From: Gekko japonicus
Lineage: Eukaryota
DNA length: 61,251 nt
Direction: 5' to 3'
NCBI RefSeq assembly: GCF_001447785.1
Contig: NW_015159786.1
Span: 196,331-257,581, forward strand
Below, piece by piece: positions 12,116 to 26,291 of the stretch. The notes under the pieces were generated by a model that worked only from the letters and a program-made list of their open reading frames with translations, had not been told where the DNA came from and did no database searches. The position numbers and the translations under genes were made by a program. Position 1 is the stretch's first letter, and the number at the start of each line of letters is the position of its first letter.

Positions 12116-15100
12116 TTTCCACACATTTAGCCCCTCGTAGGGTTCCCAGGCCAGGCCCGGCAAATGGTTGGAGGTTTGGGGGCAGGCGTGTCAGCAGGCA
12201 GAGGTGTTATGTGTGCTGCTGCTACACCTCTTCCAGGGGAAACCCGGAAGTGACAGAGGGTAGCTCTAGGAATCGCTGGAGACTCCGTGATAAAGTCATA
12301 AGAGTTTCTGGTGATTTCTGGAGCTACCCTCCATCACTTGCAGCCGGTTTCCCCCGGAAGTGATGTCGCAGTGCGCACAACACTCAGGGCGTTTGTTTGT
12401 TTTTTAAATTCTTCCACTGAAGGACAAGGACAGTTGCTGGTGAAACCCCTACACAGAGGGGCAGGACAATTTTTCTCCAGGTTCATGTGGGGCAGCCGTG
12501 TTGGTCTGAAGCGGTAGAACAAATGTAGAGTCCAGCAGCAACTTTAAGACCAACCAAGGTTTATTCAAGGGATGACCTTTCGTGTGCAGGCTCACTTTTT
12601 CAAATGCATTGGAAGGGGAGGTAAGGTTCTAAACTTATAGGCAGGGGCTGGACAGCAAATGAACATGTGACATGATGAAGATGAGCAAAGACAAAACTAA
12701 ATAACAAGCTAAGGTTGTAAGGTCAACAGTTGTAAAGCAATATATATGTCAAAATAGCAGATAAATGTGTAAAGGTATATTTCGTAATTGTGGGAAGTAA
12801 ACAACTCTCCATTCTCTCCTCTCAGGTGTGGTTGTCGGCAGCCTTATCAAACAGCCTTACATTCAGTCTGTTCATCTTTTTCAAACGGAGCCGAGTGATG
12901 TAGTTCTGTTTGATTCTGAGAAGGCATCTGCTACTTACTTTGGCTGGGTGTGGCTCGGAGTGAACAGCACCAGGCCCAGGGCTTGCCCGAACTCATGCAC
13001 CCAAGCAGCATAGTAGCCCTAAAGCAAGACACGGTGGGCGTCCTCTGTACCAAGAAGATGTCAGGGGTAACCACAAAATTCAATCTGGTTATTTAAAAAA
13101 AAAAAATCTTCCAAGTCAGGCTCAGGCAATCCATGCTGTTCTATGGCTACGGTTGCCAACCTTCAGGTGGGAAGCCGCGGATGTGCTATTAATAGAAGTG
13201 GAGAAATTATGTGGCTTCGACTGCCGAGAGGAGGGATTTCCCACACAAAACTCTGAAAGGATGAAGAAAGTTGACAATCAGAAGTCCAGAGTGTCTATAT
13301 GAGCAGTTATTTGTCCAAAGCACTTTATTCATCATAGAAGAATTGTACGTATTGTAAAATTATTTGGTATCTATTAATGTTAAAAAGTCTTTATAGTAAA
13401 GGCATAAAAATGTCCATAAAATATTATCCGAGGCCCCGGTCACACGAGAGGTTTTGGGCCGGGAGAGGGACGGATCGGGGGCGCAGCAAACGGGCGCGAT
13501 CCCACAGCAACATCTGGGAAGCGTTGCGCACCCGTCCCCGATCCGGCCCTTCCGCCCAAAACGCCGCGGCAAAAATAAACCACCTACTGAGGTGGTTCTT
13601 TGGGCAAGTCCGCATCAAGGCTGGCCGTGGGATTGCCGGCGCGTCCTTCCACCAGCGCATCCCCGGCTCCTGGCTGAACTGCGCATGCTCAGACATGCGC
13701 AGTTCGGCAGCCTCCCCCTCCCGACCGTGGCTTCCTCCCCGGCATCTGATCGTGCCGGGGTGCAACGGCGCCACGGCTCAGGGGATCCATGGGATCCCGC
13801 CACAGCGTCTCTATTTTGGTGCGGCTCTGATTAGCCGCACTTTGCCCGGGTTTTGTTCTGCCGTGTGGCATGGACCTTAGTAACTATATCACGGTTGTCT
13901 GTATAGTTGGTATTGGTTGTTAACCTTCAGATGGGACCTAGAGATCTCCAGCTTTTACAACTGACCTCCAGACGACAGAGATCAGCTCCCCTGGAGAAAA
14001 GGGCTGCTTTGGAGGGTGGGCTGGGAGGCCTGGGACCCCCCCTGCTGAGGCCCCTCCCCAGGCTGGAGTTGGCAACCCTATGGCCTGTCTTTGTTCTCCC
14101 CCCCCTCGCAAACAGTCAAAAGGAAGGGAGGGGGGAAGAAAGCAAGTCCTTCGTGTTAATGAGTAGTCGTAACCAGAGAAATAATGCCCCCCCCCTTACC
14201 GAAATGCCAGAAAGGCACAGCAGGGAGAACGAGGATTAGGGCCTGTAATGAGCTTTGCCCAGGAGGACCGGAGAGGCCTAGTCCAGAAGGAATGCCTTTG
14301 TCTGTCCAAGAGACTTGGGGCAGGCGTGCTGCACACCCGCTCAAGGTTCAAGCCCGTCGAGAAGCCAGGCCTGGCCAGAGCCGCAGCAACTGAGTTCAGC
14401 ACGGAGGAGCTAATCTGGCAACAGTCTCCACCTCCAGCACCCATCCTTAGTCATCCCAGGAGCCTCCGGAATGGATCTGGCTAGGGATGCCAGCCTCCAG
14501 GTGGAACCTGGGGATCCCCGGGAATTACAGCGCATCTCCAGACTGCAGAAAACGGATGCTTTGGAGGGTGGGCTCTCTACGGCATTGCACCCCACCGAGG
14601 CCCCTGTCCTCCCCAGGCTCCATCTCCAAATCTCCAGGAGTTCTCCAACCTGGATCTGGCAAGAAAAAGACGTCATGTACTGTCTACATCACTTCCAGCT
14701 GACTTTTACCCCATGCTCTGCCCCCAACATTTCCCAGGGTTTGCAGTCATGTGCCTGGCAACGCTAAAAAGACACTGCATAAATAAAATATTTTTAAAAG
14801 AAAGGTAATAATTAATAATTATTGTATGGCATTTATGTGTACTATAGCCAGGAGATCTGAAGATTGTCTGGCAGCCTGAAGTTCTAATGCTTTAGCCTTA
14901 TCCACCACTAGGTGGCGAGCTAGACTTATTGGGGGGGGCTGAGAGAGCTCTGAAAGCGCTGTGACCAACCCAAGGACCCGTGTGGAGGAGTGCGGAATCG
15001 AACCCAGTTCTCCAGATTAGAGTCTGTTGCTCTTAAGCAAAGAAGACAGGAATGAACAATCCATTTACGCAGGGGTCATTTCGTAGAAAAAGAGCTAGGG

Positions 15101-17075
15101 GAACTCATTAGCATAACTCATTAGCATATGCCACACCCCCTGACATCACCGGAAGTGTGTCATAAGGCCACACCCCCTGACATCACCAGAAGTGTGTCAT
15201 AAGGCTACACACCCCGCCGCCGCCGGCCTTGCAGCTCCACTGCCGAGCCCCATGAGGGGCCCGGCGGTGGACCTGCAAGGCCGGCGGGAGTGCAAGGAAG
15301 CCCCGTGAAGGCCCTCCCTGGCCCCAGGCAGGCAGGGGTGAGGAGAGGCAGGGAGGAAGCAACTTACCCTCCCTCTTCTCCTGCCTCCTCCTGGCTGAAT
15401 GAGGGCCGGAAGCGGGGCGGCCGGAAGCGTGGGGCGGGGCTTCATCATGTGCCCCGCCCCCTGCACCTCATCCGGGGGAACTGCGATCCCCCCCCGAAAT
15501 GACCTCTGCATTTACAGTCAATCTTGGCAAGCTGCTGGCTCTCCATTATGGCTTCCCACCTGCAGTTACATGTCGGTCATCACCACAAGCATGGAAGAGA
15601 CCCTCCCCCGTTCTGGCTGGCCGATGATCCCGAACATTCAGCCGACTGTTCGGAGGCCCTGAGAAAAAGCCCGAGAGACGGAGGATGTCCAGGCCTGCCA
15701 AGCGGCTGGAGGCGGCTTCTGTGTGGCAGCGGAGCTCTCGTGGGCAGTGTTCCCTCTAGGCTGAGTTAGTGTGAGCTAGCTCAGTTTTTTTAGCCTCCGG
15801 CTCACACATTTCTGTCTTCGCTCAGGAAGGAGGGCTCCAGAGCAAACTGATTTATGCGGTAGCCAAATCTCTTGCTCACAACTTTAATGCCAGGAGCTCA
15901 CAAAGTAGAATTTTGGCTTACAGGACTCCACCGCTTAGAGGGAGCATTGGGTGGCTGCTTCGAATGCTTATCTGTTGGCAACTCCAATGGAACTTCCACA
16001 GGGTGTGTTCCCCATCTTTCCCTCTCTAGCAACCCACAGCCATCATTTCCACCCCCACCCATCCTGCGCCACTCAAGGGGCATTTTCCTTAACTGGCAAC
16101 GGGCATGTCACTGTTGCCTTATAACCCCACAATGACTGAATCGGGCTGCTTGACATTAACAGTTGAGCCAAAAGCGACCGTGCGGGTGGAGCCTCACCAG
16201 AGAACTGCAGCCCCTCAAGACTCAGCACCATCCTGCCCTACAAAGGGAACGGTGAGAGGGAGCAGGTTGTATAGAGGGGTAGACAAATAGGATTAATAAG
16301 AATGCAATGAACATTAGTTACACTCTTAAAAATTGAAACAAAGCAGAGGTTCAAAGATTCCCTGACTATTACCAAGGGTTTAACTGTAATCTTGCTTTTG
16401 GCGATAGAAATGACCAGAAACCATAGTCATCCCCAATGTTCCCTCTAAGCTGTGGAGTCTTGTCAGCAAAAATTCTACTTCGTGAGCTACTGGCATTAAA
16501 GTTGTGAGCGAGCGATTTGGCTCCTGCATAAGTTAGTTTGTTCTGGAGCCAGCCCTCCACTTGAGCCACCGCAGCTCCTTCCCTGACTATTACCAAGGAT
16601 TTAACTGTAATCTTGCTTTTGGTGATAGAAATGACCAGGAACAATAGTCATCCTTTTGACCATTAACCACATAATGCCCCCAAATCCCCACTTGGATGGG
16701 CCCAGCCCAGCCGAGAGGTGCAGTGGGTGTCTGAAGTCTCTACAGCAGAGATGTACAGTGGATGAGATCAGTTCTCCTTGCCTGGGGGAAGCCACAAAGA
16801 CTCCTGAACATCTGTCCAGAGGGGCCTGATAGGAAATCAGCCAGGCTCTGTCTTCAGAGGAGCCAGGAGGCAACAGAGCCGGGAGAGACTCCTTATGCGC
16901 TAAGCGCATGATGATTCCCCCCCCCGACAAAGCACACACATCATGGCAGTCGTTCAGGGGTGCACTGTAGGCATGAGTATCCACCTTGGTGTGCCCGTGC
17001 GGACAGGAGATGGATATCTTGGCTTTACACCTTGGAAAGCAAATGCCTTCTCTAAGACCCACGGCCCCAACTAGG

Positions 17076-17451
17076 TGTCAGGATCCACAGCAAGACAACG
17101 AAGTACACGCTTCTGAGAAGGTTTTACTTTTATTGAAAAGCCATAGATGCAGTAACATGAACACTGTTAGGAATGGCGGGTTACCTATGCGCATAATAGG
17201 ATATAGGGCATTCGTATGCGCGCCCCCCCCAGCACTACCCAATTAGATGGGCTCCCGCGCGCGGGCATTTGGCAGATTCTCTAACGGTTGCGAAGCTGGG
17301 AAAGTAAGAAGCTCCCACGAAACCTAGACACTACCAGCACCTCCTGTGACCTTGAGAGATACGCTTTACAGCTTAGAGGCAATTAAGCGCATGGGAAGGA
17401 ATGCAAAGCAATTAGAAACATACACCACACTCATGGCAGCTATAGCTGACA
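17076..17451 (-). mobile_element. Solo LTR
   Basis: TGTCA...TGACA termini; 5-bp TSD ctagg; AATAAA on -. Confidence 0.8.
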
Positions 17452-17824
17452 CTAGGGTAGCCAACTTCCTGGAGATTTGGGGACTGGAGCCAGGGGAGGG
17501 AAGCCCATCAGGGCGTAGAGCCAGAGAGTCCACCCTCCGCATTTCTCCAGGGGAGCTGATCTCTGCCGTTCGGAGACCAGTGGTCATTCTGGAATTCATT
17601 GGGCCCTGGGAACCCTAACCCCAAACAGGACTCAGTGCCCCCCGCCCTGTAGTCTCCCCCCTCTATTCTGTAGAATGCCCAGATCCTCATGAGAGAAAAC
17701 CTAGAACTGAGGGGGGTCCTACGAGGGTTTCTCCTTCACCCTCTCATCCCCCCCCACCGCCCCCCAAGGCATCTCAGACAAGGACCGAGCGGTGGTCTCG
17801 TCAACACACGGCCGTGGGTCTCAC

Positions 17825-17894
17825 CTGCTCCAGTGCTGACCCCCAGCAGACGGCAACTGAGTTCGAGGCTTGTCCAAAAAGCCACCTGCTTCAT
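17825..17894 (-). CDS. TMEM72: TMEM72-like exon 1
   Basis: Reads MKQVAFWTSLELSCRLLGVSTGA, 70 bp, donor G|gtgaga. Matches the TMEM72 N-terminus (FWTGLEYTCRLLG). Confidence 0.88.
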
Positions 17895-19789
17895 GTTTGC
17901 ACGGGAAGAAAGTCTTCTCTGCCTTCCTCGGGACCCCGGGGGTTAGACCCGCACACTGGAGCCCCTCCACTCAGCTGGGGAGAGCCCGGTCCCACGGCCT
18001 GCCCACAGACCTCATTCGGATGCTGTGCAAAGAGCAGGCCCCCAGGGGCATGCCGTGTTGCCACCCTGAACCGGTCAGCACCACTCCTGGAGGGGCTCTC
18101 CTGCAGCAGCTCCTGCCCACATTAATGATTACCAGGTAGGAACGGAATCTCCACCAAGGCCTGGAGTTTTGTCCCCTTCTCCCGGCTGCATTTCAACGCA
18201 GGGCAAACCTGTCCCAGGCACGCAGGGGCATGGTTGCCATGGAGCCCCTGCGGGTGCAGATTAATCGCTATGGAACGGGAATCAGGGGCTGAAGGCTTTG
18301 CCGGCTGCTTGGCAGGGTTCAAGGCCGCTGGCAGAATTGCTCCCCTGGGGAATGCAGGGGGGGGCGGCGGCGGGGGTCTCTCCCCCTGAGCAGTCAGCAG
18401 CCAAAGCGGAGTCTTCAGCCATGCCAAAAGCAAGCCTGTTCTCTGGTGGAAGCTGGTTAAACTTCTGCAAAGAGAACAAAGTTAGAGTCCAGTCAGACAC
18501 CTTGAAGACCAACCAAGGTTTAGGGATGAGCTCTGGTGGGCGTGCACACTTTCTCAAATGCACTGGAAGGTAAGAGTTCGGACTTACAGAGAGAGGCTGA
18601 GCAGCGAATGAACGTGCAACATGATGAAGATGTTTTAAGATATGCAAAGACTAAACTAAATAGCAAGCTAAGGTTATAAGGTCAACAGCTGTTTTGATTT
18701 AATTAAGGGGGGGAACAGTAAAGCAATAAATATGTCAACATAGGAGATAAATGTGTAAAGGTATCTATTCTGCTTGTGGGAAGTAAACTGAGACCCACAC
18801 CTGAGAGGAGACGAATGGACAGTTTCAGTTTACTTCCTACAATTGGAATAGATACCTTTACACATTTATCTCTTATTCTGGCATATTTGTTGCTCTACTG
18901 TTTTCCCCTTAATCAGAGTTCCCTCTAAGCTGAGTGTGAGCTAGATCACAGTTCTTTAGCCTCCGGCTCACACACATTTTTGTCTTCGTTCGGGAAGGAG
19001 GGCTCCAGAGCAGACTAATTTACGCAGTAGCCAAATCGCTCACTCACGGCTTTAATGCCAACAGCTCACAAAGTAGAATTTTTGCTCATAAGACTGCACA
19101 TCTTAGAGGGAGGATTGCCCTTAATTAAATGACAGTATCAAAAGGAAGCTGGTTAAACTTCTGCAAAGAGAACAAAGTTAGAGTCCAGCCAGGCACCTTG
19201 AAGACCAAACCAAGGTTTATTCAAGGGATGAGCTCTCCTGGGCGTGCACACTTTCTCAAATACACTGGAAGGTAAGAGTTCAGACTTACAGAGAGAGGCT
19301 GAGCGGCGAATTAATGTGTAACATGACGGAGATGTTTTAAGATATGCAAAGACTAAACTAAATAGCAAGCTACGGGTATAAAGGTGCCCCACTGGACTCA
19401 AAGTTTGTTCTGCTGCTTCACACCAACACGCTGACCACCTGGAATTCTCTGCAACCAGAGTTTGTCTTGATTTTTTGTTTCTTATGTTTGGAAATTTTAT
19501 TGAACGTGATCTCAAGTTATGAATTCGAATCCAAAAGTAGGGTTGCAGTCTCCTACATGGCAAGAGAGCAAATGCTGAGCCTGGAAAAACTCTCGGGTGG
19601 CACCGGGGTGACAAGCGGCGACCATGGGAAGTGGGGTGGGGGGAAATGGTGCCAATTGGGTAGGGCCAGGAAAGGGCTCTCCAGCACACCATCATAGGGT
19701 TGCCAACCGCCAAGTGGGGCCCGGAGATCTCCAAATCACAACTGATCTCCAGAGGACAGAGATAATGGCTGCTTTGGAGGATGGCATTA

Positions 19790-20206
19790 TAAGAACCTCA
19801 GAAGAGCCCTGCTGGGTCAGACCAGGGAGGGTCCCTCCAGTCCAGCCTCCCATCTCACACAGGGGCCAGCCAGTTCCTCTGGAGGGCCAGCAACAGGGCA
19901 GAGAGGCCGAGGCCTTCCCCTAAGAAGAACACCAGAAGAGCCCTGCTGGGCCAGACCAGGGAGGGTCCCTCCAGTCCAGCCTCCCATCTCACACAGGGGC
20001 CAGCCAGTTCCTCTGGAGGGCCAGCAACAGGGCAGAGAGGCCGAGGCCTTCCCCTAAGAAGAACACCAGAAGAGCCCTGCTGGGCCAGACCAGGGAGGGT
20101 CCCTCCAGTCCAGCCTCCCATCTCACACAGGGGCCAGCCAGTTCCTCTGGAGGGCCAGCAACAGGGCAGAGAGGCCGAGACCTTCCCCTGAGAAGAACAC
20201 CAGAAG
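19790..20206. repeat. Tandem repeat, 134-bp unit x ~3, derived from a CR1-like 3' end
   Basis: gaagagccctgctggg recurs at 19801, 19935 and 20069. Confidence 0.9.
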
Positions 20207-20211
20207 CAGCC

Positions 20212-20490
20212 TGTTACGTAGTGGGTTGCCGCATGGATAGACGATAGACAACGACGTAGTGCATAGCACGCTTTATTAGGCACACAACAAGACATGCGGA
20301 CAAACGGCCGGCAGGCCAACTATATACACCTCTGGGGACACCCCCTGGCCACCATTGGTGGGTTTGAATCTCCCGCCATGGCTCCCATTGGTTCTCCTGT
20401 GGAGGGACTAGAATCCTAGTCCCCATTGTCTTCCAGGACTGAAGCTCAGGTATGTGCGCTGACCTCCGGTGGCGGTCAGCGGACACAACA
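20212..20490 (-). mobile_element. Solo LTR
   Basis: TGTT...AACA termini; 5-bp TSD cagcc; AATAAA and TATA on -. Confidence 0.8.
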
Positions 20491-20956
20491 CAGCCTGTAG
20501 AACCAGACCAGTGAAGGCCCGTCTAGCCCCGCAATCCTGTGTCACACAGTGGCCAACCCACTCCTCTGGATGGCCAGCAAGAGGGCACAGAGGCCTTCCC
20601 CTGATTGCCTGCCGGCAGCGGCATTCAGAAGGGCCACTGGGGTTGCCAGCCTCCAGGTGGGGCCTGGAGATCTGGAATTACACCTGCTCCACGGACACTG
20701 GGGAGGGATCAGTTCCTCTCGAGCAAGGGCTGCTTTGGAGGGGCATTTCACCCTCTTGAGGGCCCCCCCACAGCTCCAACCCCACCCTTCCCAGGCTGGC
20801 TCCTCCCCCAGATCTCCAGGAATCCCCAAACCTGGAGCTGGCAACCGCAAGAGGCCCTCTGGAAGGGAGCAGGGAGGGTCCCTCTTTGGCGGGGAGGAGA
20901 AAGAAAGGGAGGCCGGCGGGGTGGTGGTGGCAGCCAGCGAAAGGCCACGTGGTGGG

Positions 20957-21496
20957 CAGTGTTCCCTCTAAGCTGAGTGAGTGTGAGCCAGCTCACAGTT
21001 TTTCAGCCTCCAGCTCACACATTTTTTGTCTTCGCTCAGGAAGGACGGCTCCAGAGCAAACTAACTTATGCAGGAGCCCAATCGCTCGCTGACAACTTTA
21101 ATGCCAGCAGCTCCCAAAGTAGACTTTTTGCTCACAAGACTGCACAGCTTACAGGGAGCATTGCTCACAGGCAGTGTTCCCTCTAAGCTGAGTTAGTGTG
21201 AGCTAGCTCACAGTTTTTTAGCCTCCAGCTCACACAATCTTGTCTTAGCTCAGGAAGGACAGCTCCAGAGCAAACCGATTTATGCAGGAGCCAAATCGCT
21301 CGCTCACGACTTTAATGCCAGGAGATCACAAAGTAGAATGTTTGCTCACAAGATCCCACAGCTTAGAGGGAGCATTGCTCACAGGCAGTGTTCCCTCTAA
21401 ACTGAGTTAGTGTGAGGTAGCTCACAGTTTTGTAGCCTCCGGCTCACACATTTTTGTCTTAGCTCAGGAAGGAGGGCTCCAGAGCAGACTAATTTA
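20957..21496. mobile_element. Head-to-tail array of three family A MITEs
   Basis: Copies start at 20957, 21172 and 21386, separated by ctcacagg; the third is truncated by an RTE LINE. Confidence 0.85.
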
Positions 21497-21945
21497 TTGT
21501 TGTTGTTCAGTCGCACAGTCGAGTCCGACTCTTCGCGACCCCATGGATCATCTCCCGCCAGGCCCTCCTGTCCTCCACCGTCCTCTGAAGTTGGCTCAAT
21601 TTCATGTTCATTGCATCGATGACACTGTCCAACCATCTCATCCTTTGCCGTCCCCGTCTTCTTTGACCTTCAATCTTTCCCAGCATCAGGGCCTTCTCCA
21701 GGGAGTGCTCCCTTCTCATTGGGTGGCCAAAGTATTTGAGCTTCAGTTTCATTATCTGGCCTTCCAGGGAACAGTCAGGGTTGATTTCTTTTAGGATTGA
21801 CTGATTTGATCTCCTTGCAGTCCAAGGGACTCTCAAGAGTCTTCTCCAGCACCATAGTTCAAAAGAATCTATTCTTCGGCGCTCGGCCTTCCTTATAGTC
21901 CAACTCTCGCAGCCATACATGACTACTGAAAGACTATTGAAAGAG
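21497..21945 (-). mobile_element. RTE/BovB-type LINE 3' end
   Basis: YGCESWT...FELWCWRRLLRVPWTARRSNQSILKEI...GRQRMRWLD with (caa)n tail; other pieces near 2497, 35974-36190 and 43977-44290. Confidence 0.9.
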
Positions 21946-22854
21946 GTAGTCAATCTTTAAAGGTACAATTGTGGTCTTAGGGTACTGTCTCAGTGATGAT
22001 CTGGTTCTTATAGATCCACATGGGTCAATGCAGGGGTAATTCATGAGGACAACCAGATGGATTTCACCTAGAGAACTGGTGTTGAGTAGTGATGGGCATG
22101 AACTGGGAAAATGTGGTATGGTTCATGGTATGCCAGCTTCATGAACCATGAAACATCACAAATAAACCAGTTTCATTTGTGAGGTTTGTGACATGGTAGA
22201 ACACCCCTCAGCATGATAGAGACACCAAACTCACAAGGGATATCCGGCTAACCCACCTCTACCTACATGCCAAGGTTGGTGAGGATTGAATTTATGGGGT
22301 TCGAGTTATGGCTCCCCCAAAGAAGGTGTCCCCAGGAAAGCATTTTCTGGGGAAATGACAAGCACAGGTTCATGAGGGTCAGGATTGTATAGAATGGATC
22401 CTGTGCAAATTAAAGATGCCAAACATGCAAGAGATCTCCAGATGACTCTCCTCTACTTGCCCTCCAAGTTTGATGAGGATTGGATTTATGGGGTCCAAGT
22501 TACAGCCCCCCAAAGAAGGTGCTCCTATGGAGGGAAAAACAGCAAAAAAGCAAGGACAACAGAAGCCATGCAGAACAGAATCGAAGTCCCAGAGAATCTC
22601 TGCAGTAGAAACTGAAGGTTGGAGGCATTTTTGCAAGCCCAGCAGAACCAGTGCAATGTGCCCAGCAGAACTAGTGCCACTGTGGCACTGTGAACCCAAC
22701 AGGACTAAGGTCAAGTCAGGGAAGTGTTTTTTGGGGGGACATGTCAGACACAGCAGTCAAGTGGAGTTAAACCCCCCACCCCCCTTTGCAGGCTGGTTTG
22801 AGATTCGCTTGTCCACAGGTAGGGAGCCCAGTCCTGGGTGGCCCAGGGGAGCGG

Positions 22855-22922
22855 GGTCTCATCAGATCTCGGAAGCTAGGCAGGGTCCGCCCCTGATCAG
22901 TATTTGGATGGGAGACCACCTC
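22855..22922 (+). mobile_element. 5S rRNA-derived SINE fragment
   Basis: ctcatcagatctcggaagctaggcaggg...agtatttggatgggagacc resembles the 5S internal control region; a second fragment near 59462-59500. Confidence 0.6.
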
Positions 22923-23770
22923 TGAATTTCTCTTGCCCTGAATTTCTCTTGAATTTCTGTGCAGAGGCAGGCCATGGGAAACCACCTCTGAATTTCTCTT
23001 GCCCTGAAAACCCCACCATAAGTTGGTTACTAGGGTGCTCATAGCTGGGTCAACCAAGCAACTCTGAGTCCTGGCATGCTTGGCTATATCAATGCAAAAA
23101 GCCCCCCCCCCCAAAGTTATTGCAATTTACAGTGTTCCCTCTAAGCTGAGTGAGTGTGAGCCAGCTCACAGCTTTTTTAGCCTCCGGCTCACACATTTTT
23201 GTCTCAGCTCAGGAAGGAGGGCTCCAGAGCAAACTGATTTATCCAGTAGCCAGACTAATTTATCCAGTAGCCAAACTTCCTGAGCCAAACTCAGGAAGGA
23301 GGGCTCCAGAGCAAACTAATTTATCCAGTAGCCCACCACTTTCATGCTGGTAGCTCACAAGGTAGAATTTTTGCTCACAAGGCCCCACAGCTTAGATTGT
23401 GGACGCAGAGTCCAGAATTCTCGCCGGTTTGCCCCCCTGCGGCTGTGTTGACCTGGAAGGGTGCAGCTTAGAGCTGCCAGTCTCCAGCTGAGGCCCGCAG
23501 GTCTCCTGGAATCACATCTGTTGTCTCCTGGAGGGAGGGGGAACTGCAGAGGGTGGGCTTTATGGCCCTCATATCCATGCCGAGCTCTCCCTCCCTCCCG
23601 GGCTCCACCGCCACACCTCCACGGAGGTCCCACGCTGCTATAGGGGGTGGTGACGCTGCTGCTGCTGGGGCCAGAATGAGGAGGCAGATAATAAACAAAT
23701 AGTAAAGGGGGGAGGGGGGGCTTTGGGAAGGGGCTCCAGGCCACAACGGCTCCTCTCTCCTTCCTCCTAG

Positions 23771-24260
23771 GGAACCGGGTGGTTGAGATGGGTGCCCACT
23801 GGATCCACGGGCCCTCCCAGGAGAACCCCATCTTCCGCTTGGCGGGGGAGTACGGGCTGCTGGAGGAGAGCGCCATGACCGAGGAGAGCCAGCAGGTGGA
23901 GATCGGGGGGCACCTGGTGCTGCCGTCGGTCTGCTACTCCAGCCGGGGCCGGGTGGTCAGCCCGGACCTCCTGAACTCCACGGAAGCCCTCTTCTTCAGC
24001 CTCTTGGAAGAGGCGCGTGGATTCCTGCGTGCGGCAGAGGTGCCGGTGCCCAGCGTGGGCGAGTACCTCAAGGAGGCGATCGCTCGGCAGGCGAAGGACT
24101 GGCCGGAGGACGAGCAGGCGACTCGCCTGAAGCTAGCCGTCCTCCGCATGTACCTGAAGCTGGAGTGCTGTGTGAGTGGGACGCATAGCATGGACTTGGT
24201 GGCGCTGGGCCCTTATGGGGAGTACGTCACGCTCCCCGGCCTGGACTGCACCTTCCCCAA
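23771..24260 (+). CDS. PAOX: Peroxisomal N1-acetylpolyamine oxidase, exon 2
   Basis: ctcctag| VVEMGAHWIHGPSQENPIF...LECCVSGTHSMDLVALGPYGEYVTLPGLDCTFP |gtgagt. Confidence 0.95.
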
Positions 24261-24817
24261 GTGAGTGGCTGCCTCGGCTCCTCCCAGGAGAGGAGCTTGC
24301 CCACGCGTCGGGGGTGGCAGGGAGGCGCGGCGGGCTGGGTCGACCTTGCGTGGGGAAGTGCCCAGTAGACCAGGAGAGAGAAGCCACGTTGGGTCAGGCC
24401 AGTGGCCCATCCAGGCCAACACTGGCCCATCCAGGCCAACACTGGCCGTCCTACAGGGGCCATCAGAAGGTCGTCTTTGTGATTTGTCTGGGGTGGGTGT
24501 TCTCCCTCCTGGGCTCTGGGTTCCTGCTCCCTACTGTTTGGGGGTGGTGGTGCAGGAACACATGAACCTGCCTTGTGCTGAGTCTGGGCCCCCTGGGTCC
24601 ATCATGGTCAGTCTCATCTGCTCAGACAGGCAGTGGCTCACCAGAGTCTCGGGCAGAGAGAGGTCCTTCCCATCCCCTCCTGCCTGATCCTTTCTAGCTG
24701 GAGATGCTGCCGGGGATTGAACCTGGGACTTCCTGCATGCCAAGCAGAGGCTCTGCCACTGAGCCACGGCCCCTTCCCACTATAGCTTGGTTCTTAAACA
24801 CCAGTTTGTGGGGGATC

Positions 24818-25780
<963 letters not shown>

Positions 25781-26291
25781 TAGGCAATAGGAAGCTGTTG
25801 CCAGGATAGATCTCTGAATTGCAAGCCGCCAGCCACTTTAGATGACAGTTCTCAGCTGCTGCAAGTTAATCACTTCTGCCAGCCTAAGCAACAATTCTGT
25901 CTGATAACAAGCTGGCAGGTGGGGGTGATGACTTCTGAAGTCAAGAAAGCGAACACTTAGGCAGGAAAACGCTCTTAAAGGAGACCAGTTTCTTGACACG
26001 GAGTTAGAAGGGATCCTAGAGGTCACCTACTCCAACCCCCTTGCTCAGTACAAGGGGAATTAGTCAACTATAGCGACCCCACTCTGCTTAAAGGAGTGCA
26101 CGCCTTTTAAAAAATGTTTTTAAATGAATGAAGAAAGCATTTAAGGGAGGGATTCTTGTGGGGCTGTGCCTTTAAGAAAGGGGGCAGAGCCCCCAAAAGC
26201 CCTCACTGTAGCTGCGGGCCTGGACCCCCAGACCCTTACATGGTTCTTCTGTCCTCCATTTTATCCTCACAACACCAACCCTGTGAGATGG

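Noticed and set aside
12939-13018. Exon-like - strand segment (ttag|...|gtaagt) as TMEM72 exon 1; similar candidate ending at 14200
   Set aside because: No homology; the true homologous exon 1 is at 17825-17894. Could be minor alternative exons.
13377-13880. GC-rich ORF cluster as a gene or PAOX exon 1
   Set aside because: No GxGxxG motif; has imperfect terminal inverted repeats like a non-autonomous DNA transposon
19790-21496. Regular repeats resembling a CRISPR-like array
   Set aside because: Eukaryotic DNA; units are LINE-tail and MITE copies without unique spacers, and there are no cas genes
22855-22922. 5S rRNA gene
   Set aside because: Partial and diverged, joined to SINE body sequence
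24700-24775. tRNA gene on - strand (also ~56335-56405)
   Set aside because: tRNA-like SINE head continuing into a SINE body; no clean cloverleaf
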